Below are positions 29,455 to 48,868 of a stretch of DNA of 64,000 nt, one piece after another; position 1 is the stretch's first letter, and every line of letters begins with the position of its first letter. The position numbers and the translations under genes are program-made. The notes beneath the pieces are model-generated. The model did not search any database. It was not told where the DNA came from and was given only the letters and a program-made list of their open reading frames with translations. The stretch comes from the human T2T-CHM13v2.0 reference genome, Homo sapiens, in NCBI RefSeq assembly GCF_009914755.1, contig NC_060938.1, one strand, 5' to 3'.

Positions 29455-30334
29455 TAAACTTTAAACCAATTCTCTATTCATACCCCTATTTAAACCTCAC
29501 TGAATACCTATAATTCCTTAGCCTTTGTGGCTTTACTGGAATTCTGTGACTTGAATTGGCTTATTCCTTTTCTTCATCCTATCACTCTCAAATGCACTTA
29601 TGTTTAATAAGCTTTCCCAGGGTCACTCAGTCAGTTGCCATTCCTCCATTTTCTTTCTGGATTCCAAATCGTTAAATTCTCCCTATCTCACAGACAGTAT
29701 ACTCTCTCATTCTTTCTGTATGTCATTGTTTTTTTTGTTGTTGTTCTTTTGTGTTAATGCATCTTAAGCCCTTCACTGTCCTTTAGCAAAATTTCTGAAA
29801 GGCACACAAGTAATATGTGACTTTAACCTACCATATTTAAAATGGAAGTCTCCATCTGTGGATAATTTTTCTCTTTGCCAACTATTTATTTACTACCCTC
29901 TCTCATTCTAAAGAGACAACAGAATCTTAAAAATGAATAAATCCAGATGAAAGGGAAAACAAAATGAAGCCAAAGGTAAGGCTGCTAAGTAAAAGACTAA
30001 ATGTGTCAATGCATTTTCTAGAGGAGGCCCACAAATTTGGCCCTGAGATTCCAAACACGGTTAAAAAAAGAGGTGGGCGGGGAGCAACAACTGGAGGTTC
30101 AAAGGTAAATAAGACCAATTATTAAGAAACAGCACAACTTTTCCCAGTTATAAGATCTAAGAGAACTTTCCCAATGAGTCCTTATAAAGTAGATGCTTTG
30201 TGATATGATGCACTATACAACCACAACCATACCCTACCATAAATCAAGAAATACAATAGTGCCACTCACTCGATAGCATCTAATAAACACTAGTCTTGGT
30301 GGGGGTCACATTTCAACTAGATACACAATATTTC

Positions 30335-30560
30335 CTAATAGCTAACAATTATATAACACTTACTGTGTGTCAGGCATTGTTCTAAATGCTTTACATTAAT
30401 TCATTCCTTCCTCACATCAATCCTATGATCCTCATTTTACAAATAAGGAAAGTAATGTTCCTTGTCCAAAGTGATGGCTAGTAACTAGTGGTTAAGTTAG
30501 GATTCAAATCCAGTCTGTCTTCAGAATTCATATTCTTAACCATTAGGCATACTGCCTCTA
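30335..30560 (-). mobile_element. MIR
   Basis: cacttactgtgtgtcaggcattgttctaaatgctttaca...cattttacaaataaggaa. Confidence 0.7.
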
Positions 30561-30816
30561 AAATATGAATCTGAAATTTACCATCCTCTACTTTTGGACA
30601 TTAAGACTGCTTCTAATTTTTTCCTATTATAAATAAGAATGTAATAAACATCATTTTGCTGAAATCTTGATCCACATGTTATATCATTTTCTTATTCCTA
30701 GGGGTTTTCAAATGGCCCTAATAATGGCTCAACCATAACATGCCTACATTAGGGCAGAATCAGAAAATGTTATTGTATGCATTAAGAAGAAAGCCTCGAT
30801 TAAAACAACTATTTCC

Positions 30817-31560
<744 letters not shown>

Positions 31561-31959
31561 ACTCCAAAAAACTATCAAAATCTTAATTTTGCAAAGGCAA
31601 GAAGCTTTACAAGGAGAAGATACAGCTTATCGAGGATCTTTGTAAGATGATACTAAGAGTGAGGGGGAAAAAAACGAAAGGATCTTTGATTCAGATTCAG
31701 AGTCAGACGTGGTATGGCAAACCTGTATTGCTGTAAAATATTTACAAATTCTATGAACTACGTGGGTGACCAGTTTGGCTAAAAATATTTGATAATATTT
31801 CCGCTTTTTCTCTTATGCTACAAAACACTCTATGCTTCCTGAAATCACAGTATAGAAAATAAGGGCTCTATCTGATGTCAAACTGACTTTAATAGTCATT
31901 TCTCAGAAATGAAAACTCGAAATCAAAGGCTTATGTTAACTTTAAACCTTACAGAAAAA

Positions 31960-32425
31960 AACACACATACACACATATGTATATGTGTATATATACATAA
32001 TATATACACATATATATACATGTATATATACATAATATATACACATATATATACATGTATATATACACGTATATATATATATATACACACAGACACACGC
32101 ACATACATATATATATACACATATATATACACATTTTTTTTTTTTTTTTGAGATGGAGTCTCGCTGTGTCACCCAGGCCGGAATGCAATGGCATGATCTC
32201 AGCTCACTGCAACCTTTGCCTCCTGGTTCAAGCGATCCTCCCACCTCAGCCTCCCAAGTAGCTGGGATTACAAGCGTGCACCCAGCTAATTTTTATATTT
32301 TTAGTAGAGATGGGGTTTCACCATGTTGGTCAACAGGCTGGTCTTGAATTCCTGATCTCAAGTGATTCACTCGCCTCAGCTTTCCAAAGTGCTGGGATTA
32401 CAGACATGAGCTACTGTGCCCAGTC
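31960..32425 (-). mobile_element. Complex (TA/CA)n microsatellite (31960-32132) adjoining the tail of a reverse Alu
   Basis: Direct inspection; explains the YIYI-type ORFs. Confidence 0.88.
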
Positions 32426-32664
32426 GACCAGAATATATTTTAGATAACTGCACAATATCATAAAATACATCTAGGGTATAAAATAATGTTTATAAACTAT
32501 ATACATTATTTATTTATTAAGCTCTAAATGACCTCAATGAACTCATCTGGTTTTTTCCCCATTTTCTTTGTCTTTCTAACCTATGTTACTCAGGGTAACG
32601 TCTCATGGTAAAAATGCTTAACTCCTTGTATTTATCAATTCCGTATTCATCAAAAGTATATCTG

Positions 32665-33535
32665 TTAGACAATAACAAGTGTTGATGAGGATGTGGAGAA
32701 ATCAGAATCCTTTTAGTACTGCTGGTGGGGAGGTAAAACAGTGCAGCTACCTTGGAAAAGAGTTTGGCAGGTCCTCAATCTTCTTCATTAGTCCAAAACT
32801 TGGAACCAACCCACATACCCATCACCTATATAAGAAACACACAATGAAGGCCGGGTGTGATGGCTGATGCCTGTAATCCCAGCACTTTGGAAGGCCAATG
32901 AGGGCGGACTGCTTGAGCCCAGGAGTTCAAGACCTGGGCAACATAGCAAAATCCTGTCTCTACAAAAATTAGTCAGGCATGGTGTTGTGAACCTGTGGTC
33001 CCAGCTACTCGGGAGGCTGAGGTGGGAGGATAACCTGAGCCTAGGGAGGTCAAGGCTTCAGTGAGCCGTGATCATGCCACTGTACTCCAGCCTGGGAAAT
33101 GGAGTAAGACCCTGTCTCAAAAATAATAATAATAAAATAAAAAAGAAACACATAAACCAAACGTAGTATATCCACAATGGAGTATTATTCAGAAATAAAA
33201 AGGAATGAAGTGCTGATGCATGCTATAACACGGATAAACCTTGAAAATATGCTAAGTGAAAGAAGCCACTTACAGAAGACTGCTTATATGAAATATCCAG
33301 AATATACAAATCTACAGAGACAGAGAGTAGATTAGTGGTAGCCCAGGGTTGGGAGATAGGGAGAAATGGAGAGCGGCCACCTAATGGGTATGGGGTTTCT
33401 TTTAGGGGTGATGAAAATGTTCTAAACTTAGATTGCAGTGATAGCTGAACAATTCTGTAAGTATTCTAAAAACTATTAAATCGTATTTTTTTAATGGGTA
33501 AATTTTATGATATGTAAATTCTATTTCAATAAACA
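32665..33535 (+). mobile_element. L1MB/MC 3' end interrupted by AluJ (about 32849-33140)
   Basis: gacaataacaagtgttgatgaggatgtggagaaa...ggtgatgaaaatgttctaaa. Confidence 0.75.
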
Positions 33536-33773
33536 TTTTTATCTGGTAGCTTTCTGAATCCAAACACAATGCAAAGCTTTGTTTCTTTCACGCTAGGGTC
33601 TAAATAACCATTGCTCATTCTAGTGAGAGTAGCATTATAATTTGTTGAAAATACTCTAGCAAAAAATTTTAAAATAAGGATGTTAAAATAGCTCTGAACT
33701 ACATGAAATCAGTCTCAAATCTGATTCTGCACCTATTTCGAACTAGTCATTCTGTTGTTATCAAAACTTAACA

Positions 33774-34596
<823 letters not shown>

Positions 34597-34602
34597 TCAT
34601 AC

Positions 34603-34776
34603 CTTTTTATTTCTTGTCCCTTTTGCTTAGGAGATTCACCTCCATTCAGGATCTGTTCTAAATTCTTTGTTTCTACTGATCCATTTGGTTCTGAATTAGA
34701 TAGTCCAAGTAATGACCTTACCCGCTGAGACCGTACATCTAATATTGTATCTGTATAACCTACTTCCTGAAGATAC
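34603..34776 (-). CDS. STRN3: STRN3 exon 5 (174 nt): YLQEVGYTDTILDVRSQRVRSLLGLSNSEPNGSVETKNLEQILNGGESPKQKGQEIK(R)
   Basis: Inside ORF 34581..34838; acceptor ttacag|G, donor AAG|gtatga; YLQEVGY striatin motif. Confidence 0.97.
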
Positions 34777-36842
34777 CTGTAAGAGAAAATAAATATTAAA
34801 ATCCACATACTGTTAACATGTGCCAGACTCAAAATCACATCAAATTTTAGAAAAACCCATAATCCTATAAAATATGCTCTCCCTTTGTCTCAGTATCTTT
34901 CTTCTCTACAGACTAGTTCCAGTTCTAAGAGAACAATACCAAATACAAACCAAAATTTAAATTAAAAAGCATATAGTATGGTTAACACTGATTAAGAGCC
35001 AATTATCTCAAAACCCAAGAAGCCCTAGTGTCTTAAAATGCTTTTAGGATTATATACACACACACACACATTTTTAAATTTCCATACACACAACCACACA
35101 TTGTTTTTAATTTACACACACACACACAAACACAACACACACACATTTTTTAATTTCCAAGGAGCAGTAAAGAATGAGTAGAACTGCATCTTAGCACACA
35201 GACATACTAAGTTTAAACCTGGGGTTGTTAACTAGAGATTGATGAACACACTAATTCTCCTTCTAGGATCTAAGATCTCATAGCACTCCTCCAGTCCTGT
35301 GATTTTCAATCTTTCACCATATCTAAACTAAGGAACTTAACCTAGGATCTAAGATGAGACTGGAAAAGAAGAAAGGGACTAGATTATGATACAAAGATAA
35401 TGAGTTGTGAATGGTTCTGTGACAAATTAAAGTATTTAAGAGGCTAATGAAGGATGCTTAAAAGATGCCTTAAATACTGCTGGCAGAAGAACAAAAGATT
35501 TTTAGGTGAATGCTAAAGAGAAAAAGACTAGATCAGGACACTAGCAAGAAGTAAAAATGGAGGAGAATAAATGTGAAAAAAAATAAGCAAGATACAATCT
35601 CTTTGACATGATGCACAAATGTATGTGGAAGTAGAATGAATAAACAAGTAAGAACTCTACACAATTTTCAGGTTTCTAGCTTGGATGGTTACATGATGGG
35701 TACATTCAAAAAAATTATACAGAGTCAGAATCAAGTTTATACAGTACCTATCAGACAACCATATAGTGTCTATAAAAAAATACAAGTGACAATGTTTATT
35801 AGGCACATAGATGATACAAATCAAAAGCTCAGAAGAGACTGGCCTGGGTATACAGATGTGGGTCATTAATCTTTGGTAATATTTGAAGCCATGGATTTAA
35901 ATGAAGTCACTCAGAGAATAAGCATAAATAAGGAGAGAAAGTCTGGGTATACAAACAACCAAAGGACTAGAATCATAATAAAAACTCAAAGGAAAATGAA
36001 AATATTTGAGAAATTAGAGGAAAAAAATGATAGCAGAGAGTGCTGTCATGGAAGCAAAAATAAAAGTTTCAAGAAGGAATAGTTAATGTCAAATTTTTCC
36101 AAGATACCAATTATAACAAAAAAGGTCTCTTGAATACGTTTGTGATAGTTGCTTCAGAGGAATGTCAAAATGGAAAACAGACAGCTGACAAATGAACAAG
36201 AAGGAAGACTATGGAGATAAACTACCTTTAACAAGTTTAGCTATAAAGTTACAGGGAAAGATAAAGGTGGCAAGAGACTAAATTGTAAATCAGGCAATGG
36301 GATTAGGCATTTATGAGAGGAATACTGTCCAAGTGATTTCTCTACTGTCCAGAAAAGCTGTCCTCACTTTTCTTCTAAAAAATGCAGTCCTCTCTTGGGG
36401 AGAACAGCTCCCATCATACTCTAACCACTTGGTCTGAATGAACTGCCAAGATCTCATACAACCCAGGTAAAAATGACTGACTCATGGGCAATTATTTGAT
36501 CAGTCAGGACAACACTTACAGAGTGTTCTCTGACATACAGAAAAAAAGTGGTTTTCAGAAGAAAAGAATAAACCTAAGATAGAGAGGAGCAGAAAATCAA
36601 ATAAGAATGTCTTTAGAGTTTCCAGTCTGAGAGGGCCTCCAAGCTATCCTAGCTCTTCACTTCCTGACACTTGGTTGTTCATTATTTCCTTCAATTCTGC
36701 TAGTTATCCAGCATCCTTCCAATCAATAATCTATTCTTTCCTTCAAATTTTAGTCACTTATAAGAGAGCCTGGACTGATAAATACCTTTTTGAATGGTAA
36801 GAAACTAAAGTAAAATATAAGAGGTTTAAATACATTTACAGA

Positions 36843-37208
<366 letters not shown>

Positions 37209-38375
37209 TACATTTACAGAAAGGAAAGTGTTAAGGGAATTGCCACCTGACAGCCTTCACATTTTCCATGAAGCAGAGCCTGAAGTGCTTTAATGAAATA
37301 AGGGAGAATGGGCTATGTGGTAAAAGTTTAGAATATCCACTGAGGACAATGGAAGCAGGGGGTGGCCAAGGGTTATGAAAAAAGGCTCTCTGCAATGTTT
37401 GGACAGGAAACTATGAATACATAATAGTATTCACATGATTCTGTAGTTTTTATCCAAGAGTTAACTAGAAAGAGACAGACATAGTGAACAAGGGCTAGAG
37501 TTTTTCAGGTACATTTAGTAAAATGACTGGTGAGGAAGTGGTAAACAGTGGGCAGCAAGAAAATACTAGATAAGGGTGATCAATTATGGAGTCTAAGCTA
37601 GAGCTAGGGAAACAGAAATAAAATAAAAGCAACCATAGGTAGAAGAGCTAAAGAGAAAAATTATATAGTTAAGGATTTAAAAATCATGGTAAAGTCAGAG
37701 GGCAAATAACACAGTGGTCGGAGGTGGAATGCATGATGACTGTCCAGACTATGAAATATTCTAAAGATAGTTCTACAAGATCAAGAGTGAAGGTAAAGAT
37801 ACCTACAGCAGAAAAGGCTGAATAACTGAAAATCACCCAGGATATCAGTAGGCTACAAATCCCAAAATTTTCAAAATATAAGGAAAATAATACATGAAAG
37901 ACAAAAAAGATTTGCCAGAGAAATATTTCCAATACAGCAAGTAATTCAAAATTCAAAAAAGCTCCTTAAAAATTCAACTGAAAGGAAGATTTGGCAATCC
38001 ACTTCTGAAAAGTTTCAGATGAATTCAACTAAATTCATTCTCTAGACCGGTCACACCCACACTGAAAAGAAATGTGTGAATTCTGCACTGAAAGGAATGG
38101 AGGGCTCTATCAAGTATGAATTTTATATTGTTTTTGTTCTGCTCAAGTCATCCAGTCTTTTGGACATTCTACCCTGCAAGTAAGAAGACAACATCACCCT
38201 GAAACTCAGAGGAAACAAACTTTTAAAAAGATCCAAGCATCTACACAGCAAAAAAAGCAGCAATACAAAAAACATACACATTGTCCCAATATGATTTTTT
38301 ACTTGTAAAGTGATTCAGTATAAGCACTTTCATACCTAGATCCTTAAAGAAGGTTGAAAATAAGTAATTACTCAC

Positions 38376-38457
38376 TGTCTTAAAAGCTGTCTGCCTTGCT
38401 TCCACGTTAACTGGCTATTCTGAGGTGCTGTGGGAGCCTCTGTGTCTTTGGTTTCTT
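38376..38457 (-). CDS. STRN3: STRN3 exon 4 (82 nt): (E)ETKDTEAPTAPQNSQLTWKQGRQLLR(Q), calmodulin-binding region
   Basis: Acceptor ttttag|AA, donor ACA|gtgagt; WKQGRQLLRQ motif. Confidence 0.96.
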
Positions 38458-38754
38458 CTAAAAATTAAGAAAAAAAAAGTTTTACATACTTTATTTCGAC
38501 TCCTGAAAATATTGCCAAAGTTTTCTTAGGGATAAATTCCCATAAAAACATACCTATTTTATAAAGGACAGGAAAAAATTAACTTTCATCTAAGTATTAA
38601 CTGTGGGTCACTCATTTTAAATGTGTTTGTCCTAATAACCCAATGACTTAAGTACTATGTCCCCCATTTTAAAACAGGGAAAACCCAAGTGTACTTTATT
38701 AGTATCAAGGAATCAAATGCCCAGGAGATAAAATATTATTAAAACTGATTTTTT

Positions 38755-40236
<1,482 letters not shown>

Positions 40237-40499
40237 TTATTCTATCCCAAACGTAAGCATTTCTTTTATTTCCAGAAATAATTATTTCATTCTAATAGTC
40301 CCTCTACTGATTTTTCTATTTATAACATTTTAAAATTACATATAACACATAATCACTGGAGGAAAAAAATACTAAAAAAACAAGATATACAACTGCCCAA
40401 ACCCTGTTACCAAGAATTAACAACTGGTAGTACTTTAGCGTTTATCATTTCTTATTTTCTACCTGAAAATATACATAATACAACCCCACCCTTTTTAAA

Positions 40500-41800
40500 A
40501 ATGTGCCAATGTATATACTGCACTATCATCTGCTTCTGACACTAAATGTACCTTGAACATTCTCTGTATGGCAATACAGATTAACATAAAAAATGACTGC
40601 ATAATATTCTATAGAAAATATATACCTATTTAACCAATCCCCTAATGTTGAAATTAGTTTCCATTTTCTATTATAAATAATGTTGCTAAGGATATTCTTG
40701 AAGTACATCAAGTGTATAGCTCAAGGAATTTTTGAACACGCCCATGTAACCAGTACCTAGATGAAGAAACAAAACATTATCAGCATCCCCAAAAGCCTTT
40801 CTTGTGCCCTCCAGTCACTAGCCACTCCAAAAAGGGTATGAATGCTATCTTGATTTCTAAAATTATCTAGATTTTTGAATATAATAATTTCTTCAATTTT
40901 CAGTTTTATGTGATTAAACCATGTTGTCACATTCAGTTTTAGTTTGCTCACTTTTGTTGCTAAACAGCATTCTATTATGCTAACATATCACAATGTACTT
41001 ATCCATTTATTCTAATTCTGAAGACTGTTCTAGTTGTTTCCAGATTTTCACTGTAAATAATGATGCTATGAAAATTCTTACACAAGCTTCATGATGAACA
41101 TATATATGCTTTTTGAGGAGTGGAGTTACTGGATCATAGGGTATGTATATAAATATTTTTTGAGACAGGGTCTCACTTTGTCATCCAAGAGGGAGTAGAG
41201 TGGTGTGAACAAAATTCACTGTAGCCTTGACCTCCCGGGCTCACGCAATCCTCCTACTTCAGCCCCCTAAATAGCTGGGGCTACAGGCATGCAACACCAA
41301 GCCTGGGTAATTTCTGTATTTTTTGTAGAGATGAGGTTTTGCCATGTTGTCCAGGCTGGTCTTGAACTCCTGGGATCAAGTGATCCAACGCCTTGGCTTC
41401 CCAAAATGCTGGGATTACAGGAATGAGCCACAGCACCTGGCCTAGGTATGTTATATCCTCTTTAATAATAGTCATAGTGTCAAGTCACTTTCAGAGCAGC
41501 ATTATCAATATATAATCCTAACACCAATGTCGACGAATTCTAGTTACTCCACATCCTCAACACTTGATATTGCCTCTTCTGCATTTTAGCCATTCTGGTC
41601 AGTGTCTAATTGTATTCCATTGTGGTTTTAAGTTGTATTTTCTTAATAACTAATAAAAATCAAGCAACATTTCATATATTTATTGGCCATTTATATATCC
41701 TCTTCTATGGTGTGTCTTTTTAAGTCTTTTGCCCATTATTCTATCTGATTATCTGTTTTCCAAATGTAGAAGAAAGGGAACTCTTTTATATTTTAATATA
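40500..41800 (-). mobile_element. Old L1M fragments with inserted reverse AluJ (about 41157-41442)
   Basis: ctccacatcctcaacacttgatatt...ttttagccattctgg L1 antisense motifs. Confidence 0.65.
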
Positions 41801-43133
41801 ACCCGTTTATAAGGTTAGGTTTAGGCTGTATCTATTTATTTTACTGAGAAAGGGGTATAAATACTTATATATCTTCTACTATGATCAAATCAATATTTTG
41901 TACATTTTCTTTCTTATATTGATTTCTTTGGGGGTATATAAAAGGCGACATTGTTTCATTTAATATTATCTCCATATATACTCTGACATAAATAATTTTA
42001 CAATATTTTGTTCACACGATATACTTCTGCCCATCCCTTTGTTTGGTTTTCCACTAAACATCCTGAAGAATTTTTCTACATAACTGAAAACATTTTACTT
42101 CGCTGTTATTGTGTGTCCTGTAAAGAAAATACTTGGTTGGATATTATTTTATTCCTCAACTTGAGGAACTTTTAATATTTAGGTTTATACAGATAAAAAC
42201 AGATTGTCTTGCCACAATTTCAGTTGTGAGCAAAAAAGACTTATCTTGCTTTATACAAACTGTTATACTGGGACCACCTAGCCAATTCTGACTCTCCTTA
42301 GCCTCTACTGCAGGCTCAGTGTGGCTTTAACTAGCCTCCTTTCTTTACACACAGACCAAGCCCTACAGTTCTAGAAGTGCCTGCTTATTTTCTGAATATT
42401 CTAGCCATACTGGAAATAAAATGAGTCAAGAAAAAAAAAAAAAAGCTCTGAATTCACCAGGTATTTTTCTGGTGAAGTCACTCTACTCCCTTTAACTGCA
42501 AAGAGAAGACTATAATAATCATGGCTCGGAAAAAGTAGACCTTCCATGTTTCTGTTCCTGATTTTTGCTTTTTCCAAGGAGGAGATTCTAATACAGTTTC
42601 TTGGCATCAGAATAAGCCTTCATAACCACTGAAAAGCCAGGTCAAAGAAAACCTATGCCACTCCCATCTTGGTCTCTTAATTTTATATGTATGACAACAA
42701 ATGGAAGCTCTAAAGTTCTGCTGCTAAGACTGAAAGTGTTAAAGACTAAAAAATAAATCAACTGCAAATTTTATGTATGGTGTGTGTTTCTCCAAGTTCT
42801 ACATACTTAATATTGAACTCAAAAACAATTAACTAAAATTTTAAAATTTACTATAATACCTAACTTTGTTACCTTTCAGCTCAAATTACTACCATAAATG
42901 CAACCACACTTTTACACAGATTTCAACTCAAGGATAATAAGACAAGTTGCCTCAGGATTAAGATGTATGTGAAACTATTTACTTTTATTCATTTAATATT
43001 TTTTCCCAAATTCTAGACAGTTTACAATAGTCATTCTCTAATATTATCAAACCAAAATGCGGGTAAAGAGAACATGTCTGTTACATAAAAAATGAATTAA
43101 AAAAAAAAAAAGTAACAGAAGAAGCAAGTTTAC

Positions 43134-43207
43134 CTGACTCAAAGGTTGGCATTTTCAAGTCACCTTGGTTCAGTTCCGTGCCATATTTTAATTTGTGATA
43201 TTTTGCC
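43134..43207 (-). CDS. STRN3: STRN3 exon 3 (74 nt): AKYHKLKYGTELNQGDLKMPTFES
   Basis: Acceptor tttcag|G, donor CAG|gtaaac; in frame with exons 2 and 4. Confidence 0.96.
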
Positions 43208-43652
43208 CTGAAAATTTAATCACAAATTAGTAAAATCACAACTTCTTCTTTTTGTCACTCTTGCTTTATATTACTCCAATAACAAAACATAATATGAATG
43301 TCTGCTTCTTTAAACTTTGTTTGCAAAGAACATTGAAGACTATATTGCTGTAAAAGAAAAAAAAGGTAAGTTTCCCAAGTAACACATACCCAAAAGTTAA
43401 AAAAAGATCAATTATCCTTTGTCTTTTTTTTTAAGTTCCAAAATTTAGATTCTGTAACAAAACACATTTCAATTGAATTATTTTAATCTCTTTTGCCTTT
43501 CTTTCCCAAGTATGAATCAAATCAAGACAGCATCATGTATTCGGGCAAGGATTTGTACCTTTCAAAAAAAGCTGCCAAATACAGAGTACAATGGTATACA
43601 TGAGTATACTATTGTTCTACTTTATTCATGTAACAAAATGAGGCACACATAC

Positions 43653-43756
43653 CTTTCTTGTTTTAATGCATACTCTAACATCTTTATTCTTCTTACTAAG
43701 TCCTTCTTCAGGTTCTCTTGACCTTTTCTTTCGCCTTGTAGAAATGCAATCCGGGC
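43653..43756 (-). CDS. STRN3: STRN3 exon 2 (104 nt): ARIAFLQGERKGQENLKKDLVRRIKMLEYALKQE(R), striatin coiled coil
   Basis: Acceptor ttttag|GCC, donor AAG|gtatgt; hallmark striatin N-terminal coiled-coil sequence. Confidence 0.97.
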
Positions 43757-43886
43757 CTAAAAATATAAAAGATGCATTTATTTACATTTTCCCTTAACCA
43801 TACATAGGAAACTGAAAAATGGAAAACGATAAACACAAACTGTTGCACTTGACTCATGATATCAAGATTTTAAATTCATAAAAACG

Positions 43887-45049
<1,163 letters not shown>

Positions 45050-45624
45050 TTAATTCTTGAAACAGTAAATGCCATACTATTACAAATAGTTTAAGTAAGC
45101 CACCATATATTCCATTACCTCATTGCTTTCTATTGTCATTTTTCCACTGTGAGAGAATTTTTTTCCTTAAGTGCCTTTTATCCTTATTTCCTGAAAAAAG
45201 CAATTCTCTGCCTTTTTCTAGCCCTTCCCTATATGTCAGCCTGCTTTAACCACCTCACACTAAAGAATAATGTTGAAAGAGACTGGCATCTGTCTGGGGA
45301 CATTTGCCATTATCTACACATTGACAATAAAACTAATTTTCACAAGAGGTAGAATGTTCTTGCAGAGATGACACAGGTGCATTTGTTCAGTATGAGAAAG
45401 AAAGCTATTCAGTAAGCTAAATTGTTGTTAAAACTTTAGTTATGATGTGTTCATTTCTACAAGAGAAATATATTAGCCAAGGAGACCAGCTAAATCAAGT
45501 CAACTAATAATTTAAACACCTAAGTAATAAATAACTGCTGTCGTCAAAAAAACTGTTACCCTAAAAAAAGTTTGTATGAAATTATCTACAACTTCTTAAC
45601 ACCTGAGAAGCTATAAACAGCTAC

Positions 45625-48415
45625 AGAGTTCATGACCAGCCTTGGCAAGACAGCGAGACCCTGTTTGTACCAAAAAATCAATAATTAGCCAGGCGTGGTA
45701 GCATGTTCCTGTAGACTTAGCTACTTGGCAGGCTGAAGCAGGAGAACTGCTTGAGCCCAGGAGTGAGGCTAGAGTGAGCTACGATCACATCACTGCCCTC
45801 CAGCCTGGGCGACAAGCAAGACCCTACCTCTAAAAAATAAAAATAAAAATAAACAAATAAGCAGCTACATGACACTTATAAATACATATTTTAAAAATTT
45901 TTAAAAAGCACTAGGAGGAATAATAAAAGTTCAGAACCTAATAGTCTATGATCCAGAAGAAAAGAGCAGCACTTACTCTCTATCAAGCTGTGGAGCAAAG
46001 GGAAAAGATGTCAAATTCGTCATACACTTTTAAGTAAGATTCTGACTAGTGTTTTCTCCTGTGTTGGCTGTTTGTTGTTGTTGTTGTTTTTAAAAACCAC
46101 TAAGCCCATACTATAGAACCATTATGTATCTCTCAATTTTCAGATCTAATAAGTGTTCTAAAATTACCATTACAAAAAGCTGAAGGAAACCTGTTTTATT
46201 ATTCTGCTTCTGAAGAAGTAAAAATTGGTGGGTTTCTGATTGAGAAAGGCATTGAAAGTAAGTGAAAGTCATAATGTCCTCTAAGAGGGTTCTTTTTAAA
46301 AAAGACAACCCAGCAGCAGTATTTCCTATTAGAATCTTATACTGTTGTGAGAATTGGTTTTCATTTCCTTTTTTTGAATTTTTGTATTACCAACTATCCA
46401 CACTTAGACAATCTAGTAAAATAGACAAGCACAAACCACACACCAAAAAGCAAAAATTCCAAAGCGGTACTGAACAGACGGCTGAAAGGAAATAATTTGC
46501 GAGAATTTAGGACAAGGAAAACGCTCAAGAATTAAAAACAAAACCTTTTTAAAAAATGTGGACTAGGGTGGGCATGGTGGCTCACACCTGTAATCCCAGC
46601 ACTTCCAGAGTCCAAGGCAGGAGATCACTTAAGACCAGGAGTTTGAGACCAGCCTGGCCAACACAGCAACACCTCGTCTTCACTAAAAATTTAATAATTA
46701 ACTGAGTGTGGCGGTGCACGCCTGTTATCCCAGCTACTTGAGGGGCTGAAGCAGGAGGATCATTTGAGCGGAGGGGTCGAGGCTGCAGTGAGCCATGATT
46801 GCCACTGCACTCCAGCCTGAGCGACAGAGCAAGACCCTGAATGAAAAGAAAAAAACAAAACAAAACAAACACCACCACCACCAACATATGGATTAACCAA
46901 AAATACATGGAAGAGGACCAAGTAAATGAGAGAGAAGTCATAATGACTGGAACTGACCTTATGACCTCATATCATCACGTATCTAGAGGGTAAACTGATT
47001 GAAAAGGTAAAGGTTATACCTGATAGTGATAATAACATAATAATGACCAATTAAATAATAAATTTAGCACTCAGTACAGGATCATTAACAATCTACTTTT
47101 CAGCAATGTTATAGCATCATCTCTGCAAATAAACACTTTTAAAAGTAACCTCAAAAAACACATTCCCCATGGCATCAAAAAATAAAAGTACCTAAAAAAG
47201 GCAAGGTGGCACATGACTATAATGCCAGCTACTTGGGAAGCTGGGGGGTGGGGGAGAATTGCTTGAGCCGGGGACTTCGAGACCAGCCTGGGCAACACAG
47301 TAAGACTCCATCTCCAAAACTATAACAGATAAAAGTAACTAGGAAAAAACCACCAAAGATGGGCAAGAGCTTTACACAGAAAATATAAAAATTTAACAAA
47401 GGCATTAAAGACAACCTAAACGGACTAGCTGACTACTGTAAAAATATCAATTTTTACCCAAATTGACTGACAGATTTAATTTCAATCAAATTCTGAATTT
47501 GCATGTGTAGAACCTGACAAGCTGATACTAAAATTTACCAAAAAAAAATTCAAATTACCTAGAACAGCCAAGACAATTATAAAGAATGAGATGGGCCGAG
47601 TACAGGGGGCTCATGCCTATAATCCTAGCACTCTGGGAGGCTGAGGAGGGTGGATTGCTTGAGACCAGGCGTTCAAGACCAGCCTGGGCAACATGGCAAA
47701 ACTCTATCTCTACAAAATACAAAAATTAGACAGGTGTGGTGGCATACACCTGTAGTCCCATCTATGTGGGAGTACTGCTTGAGCCCAGGAGGCAGATGTT
47801 TCAGTGAGCTATCAGGCCACTGCACTCCAACCCGGGCAACAGAGTTTCAAGAAAAACAAAAAGAATGAGGTGATAGAATTTGCTCTACTAAACAATAAGA
47901 TATAACACTGCAGCAATTAAGACACTGATGACTCAGGGATAGGAAAATGAACCAAAGAAACAGAACAGAAAGTCCAGAAACAAACTAAAGCATAGAAGAT
48001 CACATGATTTATGAAAGATGGCAGTGCAGAACATTGAGAAAAAAATGGTTGCTTCAAAAATGGTGCTTAGTAATAGAGAATCCAAATGTGGGCTAAAAAT
48101 GAAAATGAGGCTGGGCGCGGTGGCTCATGCCTGTAATCCCAGCACTTTGGGAGGCTGAGGCGGGCAGATCACGAGGTCAGGAGATCGAGACCATCCTGGC
48201 TAACACGGTGAAACCCCGCCTCTACTAAAAATACAAAAAATTAGCCGGGCGTGGTGGCGGGCGCCTGTAATCCCAGCTACTCAGGAGGCTGAGTCAGGAG
48301 AATGGCGTGAACCCGAGAGGCGGAGCTTGCAGTGAGCTGAGATGGTGCCACTGCACTTCAGCCTGGGCCACAGAGTGAGACTCCATCTCAAAAAAAAAAA
48401 AAAAAAAAAAATAGA
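45625..48415 (+). mobile_element. Several Alus (45625-45860, 46567-46870, 47200-47310, 47594-47860, AluY 48109-48415) in L1M ORF2 remnants
   Basis: Alu consensus; L1 motif ctgacaagctgatactaaaattta. Confidence 0.75.
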
Positions 48416-48868
48416 AAGAAAAGAAAAAAAGAAAATGAACATCTGCCTGATACTTTCTGCCTCATACAGTTCCAGGAGGATTACAGATCTAAATATGAAC
48501 GCAGGACAGTAATGCTTTTAGGATATAACAAGTATCATCACAACTTCAGATTAAGGGGAGATTTCTTAAAAAAGACAAAAACACTAGCCATAAAGAAAAG
48601 GATTAAAAATTCATTACAATTTAAAAACTTTTATTCAAGATAAAAGAGGAATTGGCAACCTATCCCAGGCTTGTTTTTGCACAGCCCTAAAACTAAAAAT
48701 GTTTTTTAAAGTACCATAAAACAAGAAACAAAGAATAGGCAACACAAAGCCTTTGTAGCCCACAAAACCTAACATACTTACTTTAAAAGTCTGTCAATCT
48801 CCCATACTAATATCAGACAAAATAGGCTTAAAATTTTAAAAAAGACAAGAGACAAAGAACATTATATA

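Noticed and set aside
31909-32261. Overlapping YIYI/CVCV ORFs
   Set aside because: Stop-free frames of a TA/CA microsatellite
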